Shown: positions 27,194 through 39,016 of the stretch, in pieces
Position numbering within the stretch: position 1 is the first letter of the stretch
How the letters are laid out: every line of letters begins with the position of its first letter
Source: Marsupella aquatica
Taxonomy: Eukaryota > Plantae > Marchantiophyta
Reading direction: 5' to 3'
Length of the DNA stretch: 64,000 nt
Assembly: GCA_973895155.1 (NCBI GenBank)
Contig: OZ316896.1
Location: 22,835,722-22,899,721, forward strand
Made by a program: the position numbers and the translations under genes
Notes under the pieces: generated by a model
Told to the model about the DNA's origin: nothing
Seen by the model: only the letters and a program-made list of their open reading frames with translations
The model's database searches: none

Positions 27194-30100
27194 TGTGATT
27201 CTACAGAACAAACAACAAAGGATGTGCAAGAACAAAAACGGTGCGCACGACAAGAGCTAGGAAAAGCAGGAATTCTGTAATTCTGTATTCTGCAGATGAA
27301 CTGCACAACTCCACGAAGGGGAAAGATAAAGGCCACGGACAGCCCTGCGACCAGGAGACACACAGCCAGGGCGCGGCAGAGATTCAAACCAAACAAGGCG
27401 CGTCGCCCTTGCTTCTCATTGTGGCAAGTGGCAAGTTGCACTTGGTGGAGTGCAAAAGAAAAGCTAAAAGTGAAAACGTAACTAGGGCTAAAATCTGATG
27501 TAAGAGTAAAACATATCTCCCTAGATAGAAAGAGATCGACGATCAGATATCAGACTAAAGAACCGGTCGAGCAGAGAAGAGAACAGGGCATTCCTTGTCA
27601 CACTTCCCCCCGATCGACCATATCCAAAGAAGACAACAGCGGCAGCATTTGTAAACCCAGCAGTTGCACAAAACGCCGAAAAGCTTCACCCGACAGAGGT
27701 TTGGTGAGACCATTAGCCGGCATGATTGTTGTGGACAAGTATTGGAGTTTCACAATACCCTGTCGAACTTGATCACGAACAAAATGCCATTGAATGTCAA
27801 TGTGCTTGGTCTTTGCATGGTGCTCCGGATTAATAGTCAATGCCAAGGCAGGTTTGTTGTCACCATGAATGACCATAGTCTGCACATCAGGTGTAAGAAC
27901 TTGAAGCTCGTGAAGTAGACACCGTAACCACACTGCCTCCTTACAGGCAATCGAATAGGCAACATATTCTGCCTCAGTAGAACTAGTGGCAATTAGAGGC
28001 TACTTGCGAGATTTCCAGCTGATAGCACCGCCTGCTAGCTTAAAAAGATAACCAGATGTCGATTTGCGATCCGTGGAGTTGCTGGCATAGGAAGCGTTAG
28101 AGTAACCTTGAAAATTGAGAGAATGTACTTCAAGCCCCAAGGAGGGTGCATTCTGATAGCGAAGTCCAAGATTGAGTGTATGATTGACATAAGCCATGAC
28201 AGTACGAATGCAGCTATGATGCTCGGGTGCAGGATTATGAGCAAACTGGCCCAGACGAGCACAACGCTCAGCAATGTCTGGACGCATCCAGACAGACAGA
28301 TACATCAAAGATCCTACCATAGATTGATAGTGATGACATTGATCAGGAGTTGCCTGCATAGGACTTGGTTGAAGATCATCAAGACCCATTGAAGGAGCAG
28401 ACATTGGTGCTGCATTTTCCATGTGAAAGCGACGAACAATCTTTGAGCATAAACATTTTGTGCCAAATAGAGAACACCAGCAGCACGATCGCGATGTATA
28501 GTGAGACCCAGGTACTCAGTGAGTTCTCCCATATCCCGAACCTCATATTTGGATAACAGTATTGCCTTCATTCGAGCAATACCTTGCTTAGTAGGAGAAA
28601 TGCAGATGATGTCGTCGACCCAGAGGACTATTATATCCCCATTCTGATGTCATAACACGCAAGGATCAGATGGAAGAGGAAAGAAACCATGGCGAGCCAG
28701 GAACTTAGTAATCTCAATGTACCACAGGCGCGGTGACTGCCGCAAACCATACAGTGCCTTAAGAAGAAGCCATATCAAGAGAGCCCCATGTCGATCATAG
28801 GTCTCGTACCCGGGAGGTGGTCGGATATAGATGGGTGGTTGACCTGCCATAAGAGCGTAAAGGAAAGCAGTGACCACATCAAAGCAATGAGCCTCAAGGT
28901 TTCCAAAGGCCAGCAGCGCCATGAGCAAGCGAAAAGTCTCAGGACGAACTACTGAAGCAAACGTATCATGAAAATCTTCTCCCGGACGCTGTTTATCGCC
29001 CCGGGCCACAAAACGAGCTTTGTGAATTCCCGAACATTTGCGAGAATACACCCATTTTAATGGCAGTAAACGTGCGCCTGGAGGAAGAGTAGTGAGCTTA
29101 GCTACTTGTAATTTTTGTAATTGAGTGATCTCAGTGAACTCAGCAACACGCCATTTGTCAGCATCTGGTCGAGAGAGCGCCTCTCGATGTGTTTTCGGGA
29201 CATCATCATCAGATGAAGAAAAAAGCGCAGCCGAATAGGAATATACCAGAGAAGAAGGAAGATGAGCGAGCATGGTATAAGCATTCATCGTATTATTGTA
29301 CCGAGCAGGAGGAACTCCTTTAGTGGTCCGAGCAGAGCGACAAAGCTCTAAAGGCATTAATGCAAGAGCGGCTTCAAAATCATGCTGAAAATCATCACTC
29401 GGTGGATTCCCAAGTGGTGGTGCCATGGTGACAAGTGCCGGTGGAGTTAGAATCAATGGATCGATATTGGAATGATCAATAGATGAAATGGCAGCATCCA
29501 AACTAGTTGTGATTGCAGACGTTGATGGTGTCGGGGGACCATTACACAGTGGAGAACAGGTACCACTCACAGCAGGCGCCAAATCTGGAACAACCGGAGC
29601 CGGAAGAGACAATTACAGCGGAAGAAGTAGCCGGGGTGGATCAAAAGATACTGGAACATTATCCAGTGAATCCAAAGTAGAAGCAATTGATGAGGAATCT
29701 TCAAAGAGGAGTGGACTGTTCCGTGGTGAGACAACCATGATTCGAGGAGTTTCAACAAAAGTAACATAGGCTGAAATAATGATTGAATTTTGGTGCGGCA
29801 ACCAGATGCGATAATTAAGACCGTCATCATATCCAACCAAATAGCCTTGTTGTGCACGCGGCTGAAATTTCTCACCACGAGGTCGTGTTTCAGGTGGTAT
29901 GTGAACATACGCTGTGGCACCAAAAGTTTTAAAATGAGCAAGATTAGTGATCTCAGGAAGATCCTATGTCTTCCGTAAGCAAGATATGGGAGCTGCAAGA
30001 TCAGTGTGAGCCGTCGTAGGAAGACGATTGGTGAGATAGACCGCTGTTCTAATTGCCTCAGGCCAAAGCAGAGTCGGTAATTTTGAATCCAGTAGCATAT

Positions 30101-32508
30101 ATAGCTCGAGCCTTCTCCGTGATAATGCTATTTGAGCGCTCTGCAATACCATTTTGCGTATGATGGTAAGGAGCTGAATGTATCATGCGACACCCCTTCT
30201 CTGCAAGGAAAGTACGAAACAGTGTGCTGCCAAATTCGGTACCATTATCACAGAAAACTTCCAAAATAGTGGATGAGTACTGATTCGCAATAGCAGCAAA
30301 GAATTGTTGAAGAACCACTACTGCTTCACCCTTGTTATGTAGACACGAGACCCATCGATAACGAGTATGATCATCAGTGATCAAAAGAAAATACTTCATG
30401 TTACCCAAACCGAGAGACGACATTGGTCCACAAAGATCAAGATGTATTCTCTGAAAAGGTTTGGAAGCACGAGTATGTTGTTCTCGACAAATGATAGCAG
30501 ATTTGGCCAAAGCACAGGGTTCCCATGGCACAAATGGAGCAGAGTCAGTAAGATGAATCCCTTGGCTCTGAATGAAATGTTTCACACCATCAATGTGTAG
30601 GTGTGCCAGGCGCCTATGGAGAGTATTAAGATTGAAGGTTTGAAGAGAGAGAGTACTGTTGAGAAGATCTGCAGCAAGAGCTGACTGAACACGGAAAACC
30701 TTAAGACCATCCACTTTGGTAACACAAGCAAACTCTTGACCGCTAGGGAGAAGGACAAATTTAGAGTGCCGGCCTTGCCAGTACACACCCCGCTGTTCAA
30801 GAAGATGTTCAGAGATAGTGTTAAGAACACTTGTAGGCATATAGCGTACATTATTTAAGCGTATTGGCCTAAATGTCTGATCAGTACACTGAACATGTAG
30901 ATCAATATTGCCATATCTAGGAGATATGATGGACCCCGCCCCGGTGTTGATGGAGATAGGATCGACGATGTATTGTTGTATTAGCTTTTGATTATTGCAT
31001 AAATGATGATTGGCTCCGGAGTCAGCGATCCAAGTATCTTGATCAATTAAAAATGCTGCTGCAAAATGAGCTTGATGCGCAAACTGAACAAAATTAAACA
31101 CATCCAGCGACACTGATTCGGTTGGAGTGGGAATTGAGGCAGTCGTCTGAACATTGTTGACACCTCGTAGCCTCTCCTGTATTCTCTGCATTGTAATAGT
31201 ATTTGGTTGCCATCCAGGTCTACGTAGATGGACATGTTTGTAGTAGCACATCTCTTCCCGATGTCGAGGCAGCCGACAATATGGACAGATTTCCTTGCGT
31301 GGTGCAGCATTAGGAAGAACAGCGCGAGTAAACGCAGGAGTTGCCACAGCCACTTGAAGTGTAGGTGGCTCGCGCTCAGTTTTACGATGCCATTCATCCT
31401 TTGCTTCAAAGATAAGAGAATCTAACGAAGGTGCATTGGTAGGATCACGATGCATTAACTCCCGCTTAGAAAAAGCCCATTGATCGAAGTGTCCATCCAT
31501 AATACGAATGAACTACATGATTTGAACTGTAGGATCAATCGTGATCCCAGCCGCGGTGCAATGATCAATAGCTTCTCGGTAAGCAATGTCGAACACTTCC
31601 ATCTTTTCCCCACGATAATGAAGTTTCACAAAATGAACCCAATTATCATGTTTCTGTAACAAACCTTGCGGTTGATAGGTCTTCTTCAAATGATCCTAAC
31701 ATTCTTTAGGCGTAGAGATGGTGGCCAAAGAAGTCTAGATATGGGGCTTACAAGTGGAGAGAATGAGCATGCGTGCATGAGCACCCTGCGCTGTGTAGGT
31801 CTCAAGCCGCGCCTGAAAATGGTAGTCACGTTCATCGACATCTTGTAACGGAGGAATGGAATCTTGTAACTTTCCAAACACTACCAGCGGCCAAGCTCGC
31901 AGAGACCAGCATTTGCCAAGCTTCGTAGTTGGCATTGCCATCAAGTTTTGGGACAAAATGAATAGTATGATCGCGATAAGAGAGTGACATGATTCCAGAT
32001 AATTGAAAAAACAGATAAGAATTCTAGCCCGAAAGAACGCAAGTTTGCACTAAAACGAAGATGTTCAAGAAGAATCAAAGAAATTCTAGGCCCATAACCT
32101 GTGATTCTACAGAACAAACAACAAAGGATGTGCAAGAACAAAAATGGTGCGCATGACAAGAGCTAGGAAAAGCAGGAATTCTATAATTCTGTATTCTGCA
32201 GATGAACTGCACAACTCCACGAAGGGGAAAGATAAAGGCCACGAACAGCCCTGCGACCAGGAGACACACAGCTAGGGCGCGGCAGAGATTCAAACCAAAC
32301 AAGGCACGTTGCCCTTGCTTCTCATTGTGGCAAGTGGCAAGTTGCACTTGGTGGAGTGCAAAAGAAAAGCTAAAAGTGAAAACGTAAGTAGGGCTAAAAT
32401 CTGATGTAAGAGTAAAACATATCTCCCTAGATAGAAAGAGATCGACGATCAGGGATCAGACTAAAGAACTGGTCGAGCAGAGAAGAGAACAGGGCATTCC
32501 CTGTCACA
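27194..32508 (-). mobile_element. Full-length but decayed Ty1/Copia LTR retrotransposon
   Basis: 409-bp LTRs at 27194-27602 and 32100-32508 (TG...CA, about 12 mismatches); TSD aaatc/aaatt with empty site gaaatcgaaac in the paralogous repeats; PPT at 27603-27612; PBS GGTTATGGGCC at 32089-32099. Confidence 0.95.
27603..31956 (-). pseudogene. Copia gag-pol polyprotein with stops and frameshifts
   Basis: Zinc knuckle CPYCRLPRHREEMC, protease WIADSGANHH, integrase HRRLAH...DLCGP...DNGTEF...NGIAERSN, RT KARFVARG/LYGLRQSPRLWY/WVDD, RNase H STSGY/DNKPAL/KHIDIQWHFVR; order PR-IN-RT-RH. Confidence 0.93.
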
Positions 32509-33597
32509 AAATTGAAACAACGCTCATCAACTATGCTCACAGAACTAATATCTTCTCCTTCTAAGGGGCGGCATTGAATGGCGAGACCCAAAAATTAGGC
32601 AGCAACAAATGAGTTTTTGAGGAAAGCTCATCCAGATTCTAATTCGATGTGACTTATAATATTCGAACCGATCATGTAGTTGAGAACACGATTTCGGACC
32701 GACCGAGAAGTGTGTCGGAGTTCTCGTTTAGCCCGATCCCCTTTTTTTTCTAAGGCAATGCAATGACCGATAAAACTAGCAAAAACTCTCCGAAACGCCA
32801 CTTTCCTCCATTGCATCGTCGTGGGAATGCAGGGAGCGATACGTGCATCGGGTTTTACATTCCGTCAGTGAAAAAGTCCGAAGTGCAAGTAACTTGGTCC
32901 GAACCGCGTAATCCAGGAACGACCACGCACTAACCCAGGTAAAGGGGAAACTTAACCATGGTTAAGGGGAAATTAACCATGGTTTAGAGCGTCTCCTATA
33001 TAAAGAGGAGCGGGCTGCCCATAAAACGTTTGCTTTCGCTAGAGCAAATATCTCCTGACTGAGAGCGAATACCAAACTCCCATAGAGTCTTACATTCCTC
33101 CCAAGCGATTCGACTCTTTCTACCGAAAACCTGATAAATTTATTGAAACAGCCATTCCTGTTCAAGTTCTCCATGTAAGACTGACTAGTCATTTAGTGTA
33201 AAATGTCCCGATCCGAGCGGACTGCGATAAATTTATCGCATTCTGCATTCCTCTGTTGCAATCATTTGATCCAGTGTTTAGAGAGGTGTTGCCTTCATTC
33301 CGATAAATTTATCGGAGTCTTCATTCCTTTCATGGAAAGAGGAGTAATTGAGAATCCGATAAATTTATCAGAGTTGTCATTTTTGTGAAAGATTGAATTC
33401 AGGGCTTAGGTGTCTGAGGAAGTCATATTTTCAATTCAAATGCGGAGTGCGATAAACTTATCGCATCCTCCTGTGAGAATCATTTTCCTTTGTTTTGTTT
33501 GGAGACTCATCTTCATCTCTGATGTCGCAGTGTTGCCGGGTTTAGGAGGCACAACGGAAGGTCGATTGCACTCCGTGGACAACAGGTATTGTGACAA

Positions 33598-33927
33598 ATG
33601 GCTGTCTTCCTTGAAAATCGTGTCAAACGTGCACGCCGGTTGTACAAGAAACTCGTGCGACTCAAAGTTCTCCCCATTGGTATAAGAGCATTGTGGATGG
33701 GTGGTACTGATCCTGGAGACAGGCAGAATCCTCTTCGCATTGAATTCTGCGGAATGAATGATGCAAGAGTTCCAATTCGTTCGAGGTTGATGTTAACGGC
33801 GTGTTTATATTCTTTGGAGTTTTCTTGTAACTATTGTTGTCGTCGTCTTGACAACAAGTACCACAAACAGGCTCACTTCTGTTGTAAGATTTGGAACGAA
33901 GACCCTTGGGTGAACCTTTCACGATGA
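33598..33927 (+). CDS. Hypothetical Cys/His-rich transposon cargo ORF (109 aa)
   Basis: ATG-initiated ORF inside the TE with CNYCC...H...HFCC; no family recognised. Confidence 0.35.
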   Translation: MAVFLENRVKRARRLYKKLVRLKVLPIGIRALWMGGTDPGDRQNPLRIEFCGMNDARVPIRSRLMLTACLYSLEFSCNYCCRRLDNKYHKQAHFCCKIWNEDPWVNLSR

Positions 33928-34121
33928 GTGTTTCGACCTTTTCATTGAGGCGCGTCTTGTAAGGACATATTTAAATAAACAAGTCCTACCCTTGCGTAGC
34001 GAATATAATACGTCACGAGTCCTAATCGTTAAACTGTCGTGCAGGGTTGGTACTATGGATGTGTTCGGTTACACCTGGTGATTGAAGGTATTTTTATTGG
34101 TGGTTTTGGTAGCTTTGCTTC

Positions 34122-34660
34122 ATGGCTGCATCGGAGAATCTAATTGTTGCAAAGATGGGATCCGTTTTAGCCCACGAGCGTAGGAAATATATTCAAGGAA
34201 AAGTGCCCGGTGTGGAATGCGGAAGTTTGTTGAATGGACTTCCCGATCAACTCGTTGAATCTCACATTTGGCCCCTCCTAGCCTTGTCTTGCACACAAGA
34301 TGAACACCTTGGCCTTGACCTAAAACTTCTACCAGAAGAACGACTGACTCGAATGAGAACAATCATTTGTCTTGGAGCCACCTCAAAGAAATGGAACCTG
34401 TTGTTGGTACACGATTTTGGGCGCTATTGAAATATGCAGTCCGTGAGATCAATGACATAAACAAAATGCTCGCAAGCATTCCTAATGCCGACCTTCTCTC
34501 AAACATACATATTGCTAGGGTCTTCCGAGAGGAAACTCATTTCCTCCCTCCCATAGATATGCTTGGGTGCTTTTCGTATGAGCAATTAGATCAGTTTCGT
34601 AGAGTTTGGATAAATCATGGAAAAAGCGGGAAGCGGACAATTCTTGCATGGCATGGATGA
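34122..34660 (+). pseudogene. Transposon cargo ORF with F-box-like motif, frameshifted
   Basis: LLNGLPDQLVESHIWPLL...LGATSKKWN resembles an F-box; continues in overlapping ORF 34367-34660. Confidence 0.45.
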
Positions 34661-34981
34661 GTCTGAGTGGATGAGGCATTGCTGCAAACATCCGATAAAT
34701 TTATCGCACTCCTCATTCCTCTAGTCAATTTTGGGTGCTCTAAGGTTTGCTCGAGAAGAGCTTGTAAAGAAACACTTTGAATGTAATTGACTCTGCCTCC
34801 CCTGACTTCGGGTTGTGTGGTCCAAAGTGTATTTGTTTGCGCCTCTTTGGACGATTAGCTGACAAGTGCATTGGCTTCACAGCCCGTTATACAAGGTACT
34901 GTAAAGTTGGATGAAACTTGTAGAATTGTAATTAGTATGTTCTCCAAAATTTATTCCTGATTTCTATTCGATGATCAGGCC

Positions 34982-35998
34982 ATGCTCGAGCGACGCATTT
35001 TTGTACCCTACTTGGATCCTCCAGAATGGGGGAATGGAGCCATGCTGGACCAACTAAGGAGGCTGGATGAGTCACTAATTTTAAAGATATGCAGGCTGGT
35101 AGTAAAACCATTTTACCATAACGCATTTCACTTCTACGTAGATCAGGTAGGGGGAGAAATTTATATTCGGTGGGATAGATATGTTGGATTTTCTAGAAGA
35201 GTTATCCTACTCTTTCTGAAAACCGGTGCAGTAAGACGTTTTATACTCCACTGCTGTCATGTTGTGAAGGGCAATCCTGCTTATGAGCCAGAATTCTATG
35301 CCGACAACAGACGTAGAGCATTTGATGAGATTCAGGATGTGATTGCTCGGGGGTTTCACTTCCACAAAAATGGCATATCACGTGCGACGAAGGATAGGGT
35401 CATTTTATTGGTTGTAAGGGAAGACTTAAGAATTTTTGTAGAAGAACAATAGGGTCTTTTAAATTCAATTTTGAAACTTATAAGAACATTAGGGCCTTTT
35501 TAATCCAATTTTTGGAATATTCTAAGAATATTCCAACTTTATAGGGGTTAAAAAATAATATTTTTTTCTTACATTTTAGGGGGTCCAAGGCCTAAAAACG
35601 TCGCAGGTGATGGGGAGGTCCCCATGTAGTGAGACCCCCGAGTGTGATTGACGAGCTGGACAATCCTCTTGCCACCGAGTTTTTTATTGACACTGGTGGG
35701 AAACTATATTCATACAAGATTCGTCAACTCCCCCCAGCCGGTCTGTGCGCTCTTTAACTTGATCTATGTAAGTTGCCTGTGGACGAACGTCCTTGCCAAT
35801 GGTGAGATCTGTCCATGCTGCACAAATGCTTGTTGTGACATTCCGTCACGCCGGTATTCAGTAGCAGTAGTGAATCCTGAGACTGGTGAAGTTGATTTCC
35901 ATTGGCTGTGGGCTTATGATCATCGCGTCACTCATATTCCCCAATGGCCCAAGAAGCGGATTGAACGCTTTGCTCTGGCGAGGTTCAACTATGATTAG
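34982..35998 (+). pseudogene. Transposon cargo ORF interrupted by a MITE; Cys-rich C-terminus
   Basis: ORF 34982 reads into the MITE at 35346; after excision it continues DELDNPLATEFF, and one more frameshift joins it to CPCCTNACC of ORF 35648-35998. Confidence 0.5.
35346..35642. mobile_element. 297-bp MITE, copy A
   Basis: TIRs CTCGGGGGT(T/C)TCACT; 8-bp TSD tgtgattg at 35338-35345 and 35643-35650. Confidence 0.92.
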
Positions 35999-38456
35999 GG
36001 TTTAGGTTTAGGGGTTAAGGTTTTGGATTTAGGGTTCCGAAGCTGATTCTTCGACCTGTACACTCGGCCGTCAATTTAAAGAAGGCTCACTTTTGCAATA
36101 ATTTTATCGGTCATTTGCATTGCGGATCTCTTTGTCCTTGTGTGATGAGATGTCGTGTCCACATGTGCTGTGAGATTGGCGGCGATAATTTTATCGCTCT
36201 TTGCATTGGAATTTGTTTATTTGCAGACTTTGCCATGGCTGCTAGTGGAAAGAGTGGATCTGCTGAGGCAGAAAGTCTCATGACAAGCCTCACCAATGCA
36301 ATTTGGACAAGTGAAGACATTTGTGAAGAGGTCAAGTGTATCAAGAAGTCATGGTACTTCCGTGACGCCAGATTACAGTCCACGGGTTTTGAAGATTGTG
36401 CTACCCCAATCCTTTGGGTCCAGTTGCAAAAATTGGCGAAGGTTAATGTTTCGTATGGCCCTGTCATTGCTGTTGCCGTCGTTGAGTTCATGGTTGGCCA
36501 CGGGGAGGGAAAAGTGTTGACAGAGGGCCTTAGTTTCTTGACAATGTGTGGGCGCAAGGGTTTCACATCTCTCATTGTTACTCTCGATAACTTTGATGAG
36601 AAATCGATGGACAGTTATCCAGAAGATCCCCTTGTTGCCGAAGTTCGGGCAGCAAGAGAGATGAATGTTATGGGTTCGGCTTGGATCGGCCAGTATGTGC
36701 AAGATTGTGATGCCATCATGCTTCCAAGGGTGAACGCAGAGTACAAGAGACTTGTGGGTGAAGAGTTCAAACCTGTCCGCAAAATTGTTTTCAAGAAACC
36801 AGGTTCAAGTGGCAGCGGTGGTTCTAATGCCGATAAAATGTCGGGGCGGAAAGAACCATTGCAATCCTCTACACATATTGACGTGGACGAACCTACAACT
36901 TCTGGTCGGGTTTTGGGAAGTGGAAGAGGGAAAGGGAGAGGTAGCGGCAGGGGAGATGCTGTGGGAACCTCTGACGGTGGGAAGAAGAGCCAGGAAACTG
37001 GCGGTAGTGGGAGAGGCCGGGGCAACCGTCAAGGACCATCCGTTAAACCAAGCAAAAATAAAGGATCCGAGGGATCCGGGCCATCTGGTTCTGGACTTAG
37101 CACAAAGAGGAAGAGGACTGGCTGGACTGAGACGATGGCTGCAGAAGTAGATAGAGCTCCGTCAATTCCATCAGTTCCAGTCGCGGTTCCTGCGGCGCCA
37201 TTGGTAAGTACTACGTTGTTGTACTGTTTAACAAATACGAAATTCGATAAAAATCTCACTGTTTATTTCCTGAATTGTGGATTGTGGAGTTATGTTGAAC
37301 AAATGCAAACTCCGATAAAAATCTCACAGTTTCTTTCCTTAATTGAATTTGCAACGCTTTTGTAGGCTGATCAGGAGGAGGAGACGGTTCTTTTGATGTA
37401 TGAGACGGACGCAATCAAGGCAGAGCTCAGTCTTCTGATGCAACAAAGGGTGCAAAGGACAACTGTGCTTCTGCATGTCGACAATCTCATATTTGATGAG
37501 GAGGGGGATTTGTCAACTTTGATTAGACCAGTGGATAGATTTCATGTGGAAAATATCAAGATACTTCTCATGAAAAACCCCACCAACTTCAGTGCCCCGT
37601 TCGTGCTGTGTGTGGATCCGAAGGATTGTCCCACAACCGCAGATTGGGACATCCTGAAGTCAAGGGTATGGAACTTGTATAGAATTATTGGAGGGAATCA
37701 TGGTGCTCGGGCAAAGTCCGAGTCGTTTAAAATATACGGGAAGCAAATATATGGTGAGCTGGAAGCTTGGGTTTACGCTGGGCTTACGAGATCCGAGGTC
37801 CGAAAGTTAGGCTTCCAGCATAACTATGACCAGGAGTATCGGAAGAACATGACTAAAATTGACCAAGTTCGCGCTTGTCACAATATTTTCCTTGAAATGG
37901 GTGTGGGCTCGACTAAAGATGTCCGCAAAGCATGTTGTCAAGAATGCATGATGGAGTACACGCCAGGAGTTCGTGACTCCATGGCCAAACATGATCCGGC
38001 TTTCCAAATTGTTTTCCGAACAGGTGAAATTTGGGATCTTCAGGAGCAGATTTTCCAGATGTGGGAGAAAGGTATTGTCTTAGGACAACCCAAAAAAATT
38101 GTGGCAACGACGAACGCAAAGGGAAAGGTAAAACCTTTGATGGTAAGGGAGATTAAAATGAATAAACTTGCTGGTGACCTCAACTTAAATTCATTTCGAG
38201 GTCTCCAAGGACTGTCAAATAAGGAGCATGTCAAGCGTCTCTTGAATAGGGTTATCGGGAAGGTGATCACTTTGGATCAAATGCACAAGGAAGGTGAGAA
38301 GTTGAAAAAGCTTGCCAAGGTGAAGAAACTATTTTTGCAGATATCTGGTCAGCCAGATTGGGCAACATGCAGAGAAATGTTTCCCAACAAAACAGATGTC
38401 TCGGTCCTTGGCATATGGGCGGAGAAATTGAATGACCCGGTAAGCATTCCTCTCAC

Positions 38457-38719
38457 AGCATGCTCTATCGCAAGATTTTTATCGGCTTTAGCATTCCTTT
38501 GTTGGTTTCTAAGCGATTGCATCTATCAGCTAGCGTGCTCCATTGCGAGATTTTTATCGGCTTTAGCATTCCTTTGTTGGTTTCTAAGCGATTGCATCTA
38601 TCAGCTAGCGTGCTCCATCGCGAGATTTTTATCGGCTTTAGAATTCCTTTGTTGGTTTCTAAGCGATTCCATCTATTGGCTAGCGTGCTCCATCGCGAGA
38701 TTTTTATCGGCTTTAGCAT
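38457..38719. repeat. 75-bp tandem repeat (about 3.5 units) in intron 2 of the ParB-MTase gene
   Basis: agcgtgctccatcgcgagatttttatcggctttagcattcctttgttggtttctaagcgattgcatctatcagct repeated. Confidence 0.9.
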
Positions 38720-39016
38720 CTCGGGGGTCTCACTATATGGGGACCTCCCCATCGCCTGCAACGTTTTTAGGCCTCGGACCCCTTAAAATGTAAGAATTTT
38801 TTTTAATTTTTTAACCCCTATAAAGTTGGAATATTCTTGGAATATTCTAAAAATTGGATTAAAAAGACCCTAATGTTCTTATAAGTCTCAAAATTGAATT
38901 TAAAAGACCCTATTGTTCTTCTACAAAAATTCTTAAGTCTTCCCTTAGAACCAATAAAATGACCCTATCCTTCATCGCACGTGATATGCCATTTTTGTGG
39001 AAGTGAGACCCCCGAG
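38720..39016. mobile_element. 297-bp MITE, copy B (inverted relative to copy A)
   Basis: TIRs CTCGGGGGTCTCACT; 8-bp TSD tttagcat at 38712-38719 and 39017-39024. Confidence 0.92.

Noticed and set aside
32680-32691. CACTA/EnSpm classification from CACG ends, or a 5-bp TTGAG TSD
   Set aside because: No 3-bp TSD flanks CACG and no Tnp2 motifs were seen; the 4-bp TGAG reading gives symmetric termini, though 5 bp cannot be excluded from one insertion.
35996-36036. Degenerate TTTAGGG tract inside the transposon (another at 45247-45264)
   Set aside because: No paralogue shows a breakpoint here; more simply a telo-box-like promoter motif.
38457-38719. CRISPR-like array
   Set aside because: Head-to-tail tandem units with no unique spacers and no cas genes; eukaryotic context.
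38440-38793. Hydrophobic repeated C-terminus of ORF 37393-38793 that looks like transmembrane helices
   Set aside because: Read-through into intron 2 (75-bp tandem repeat and MITE) past a GTAAG donor at 38440.
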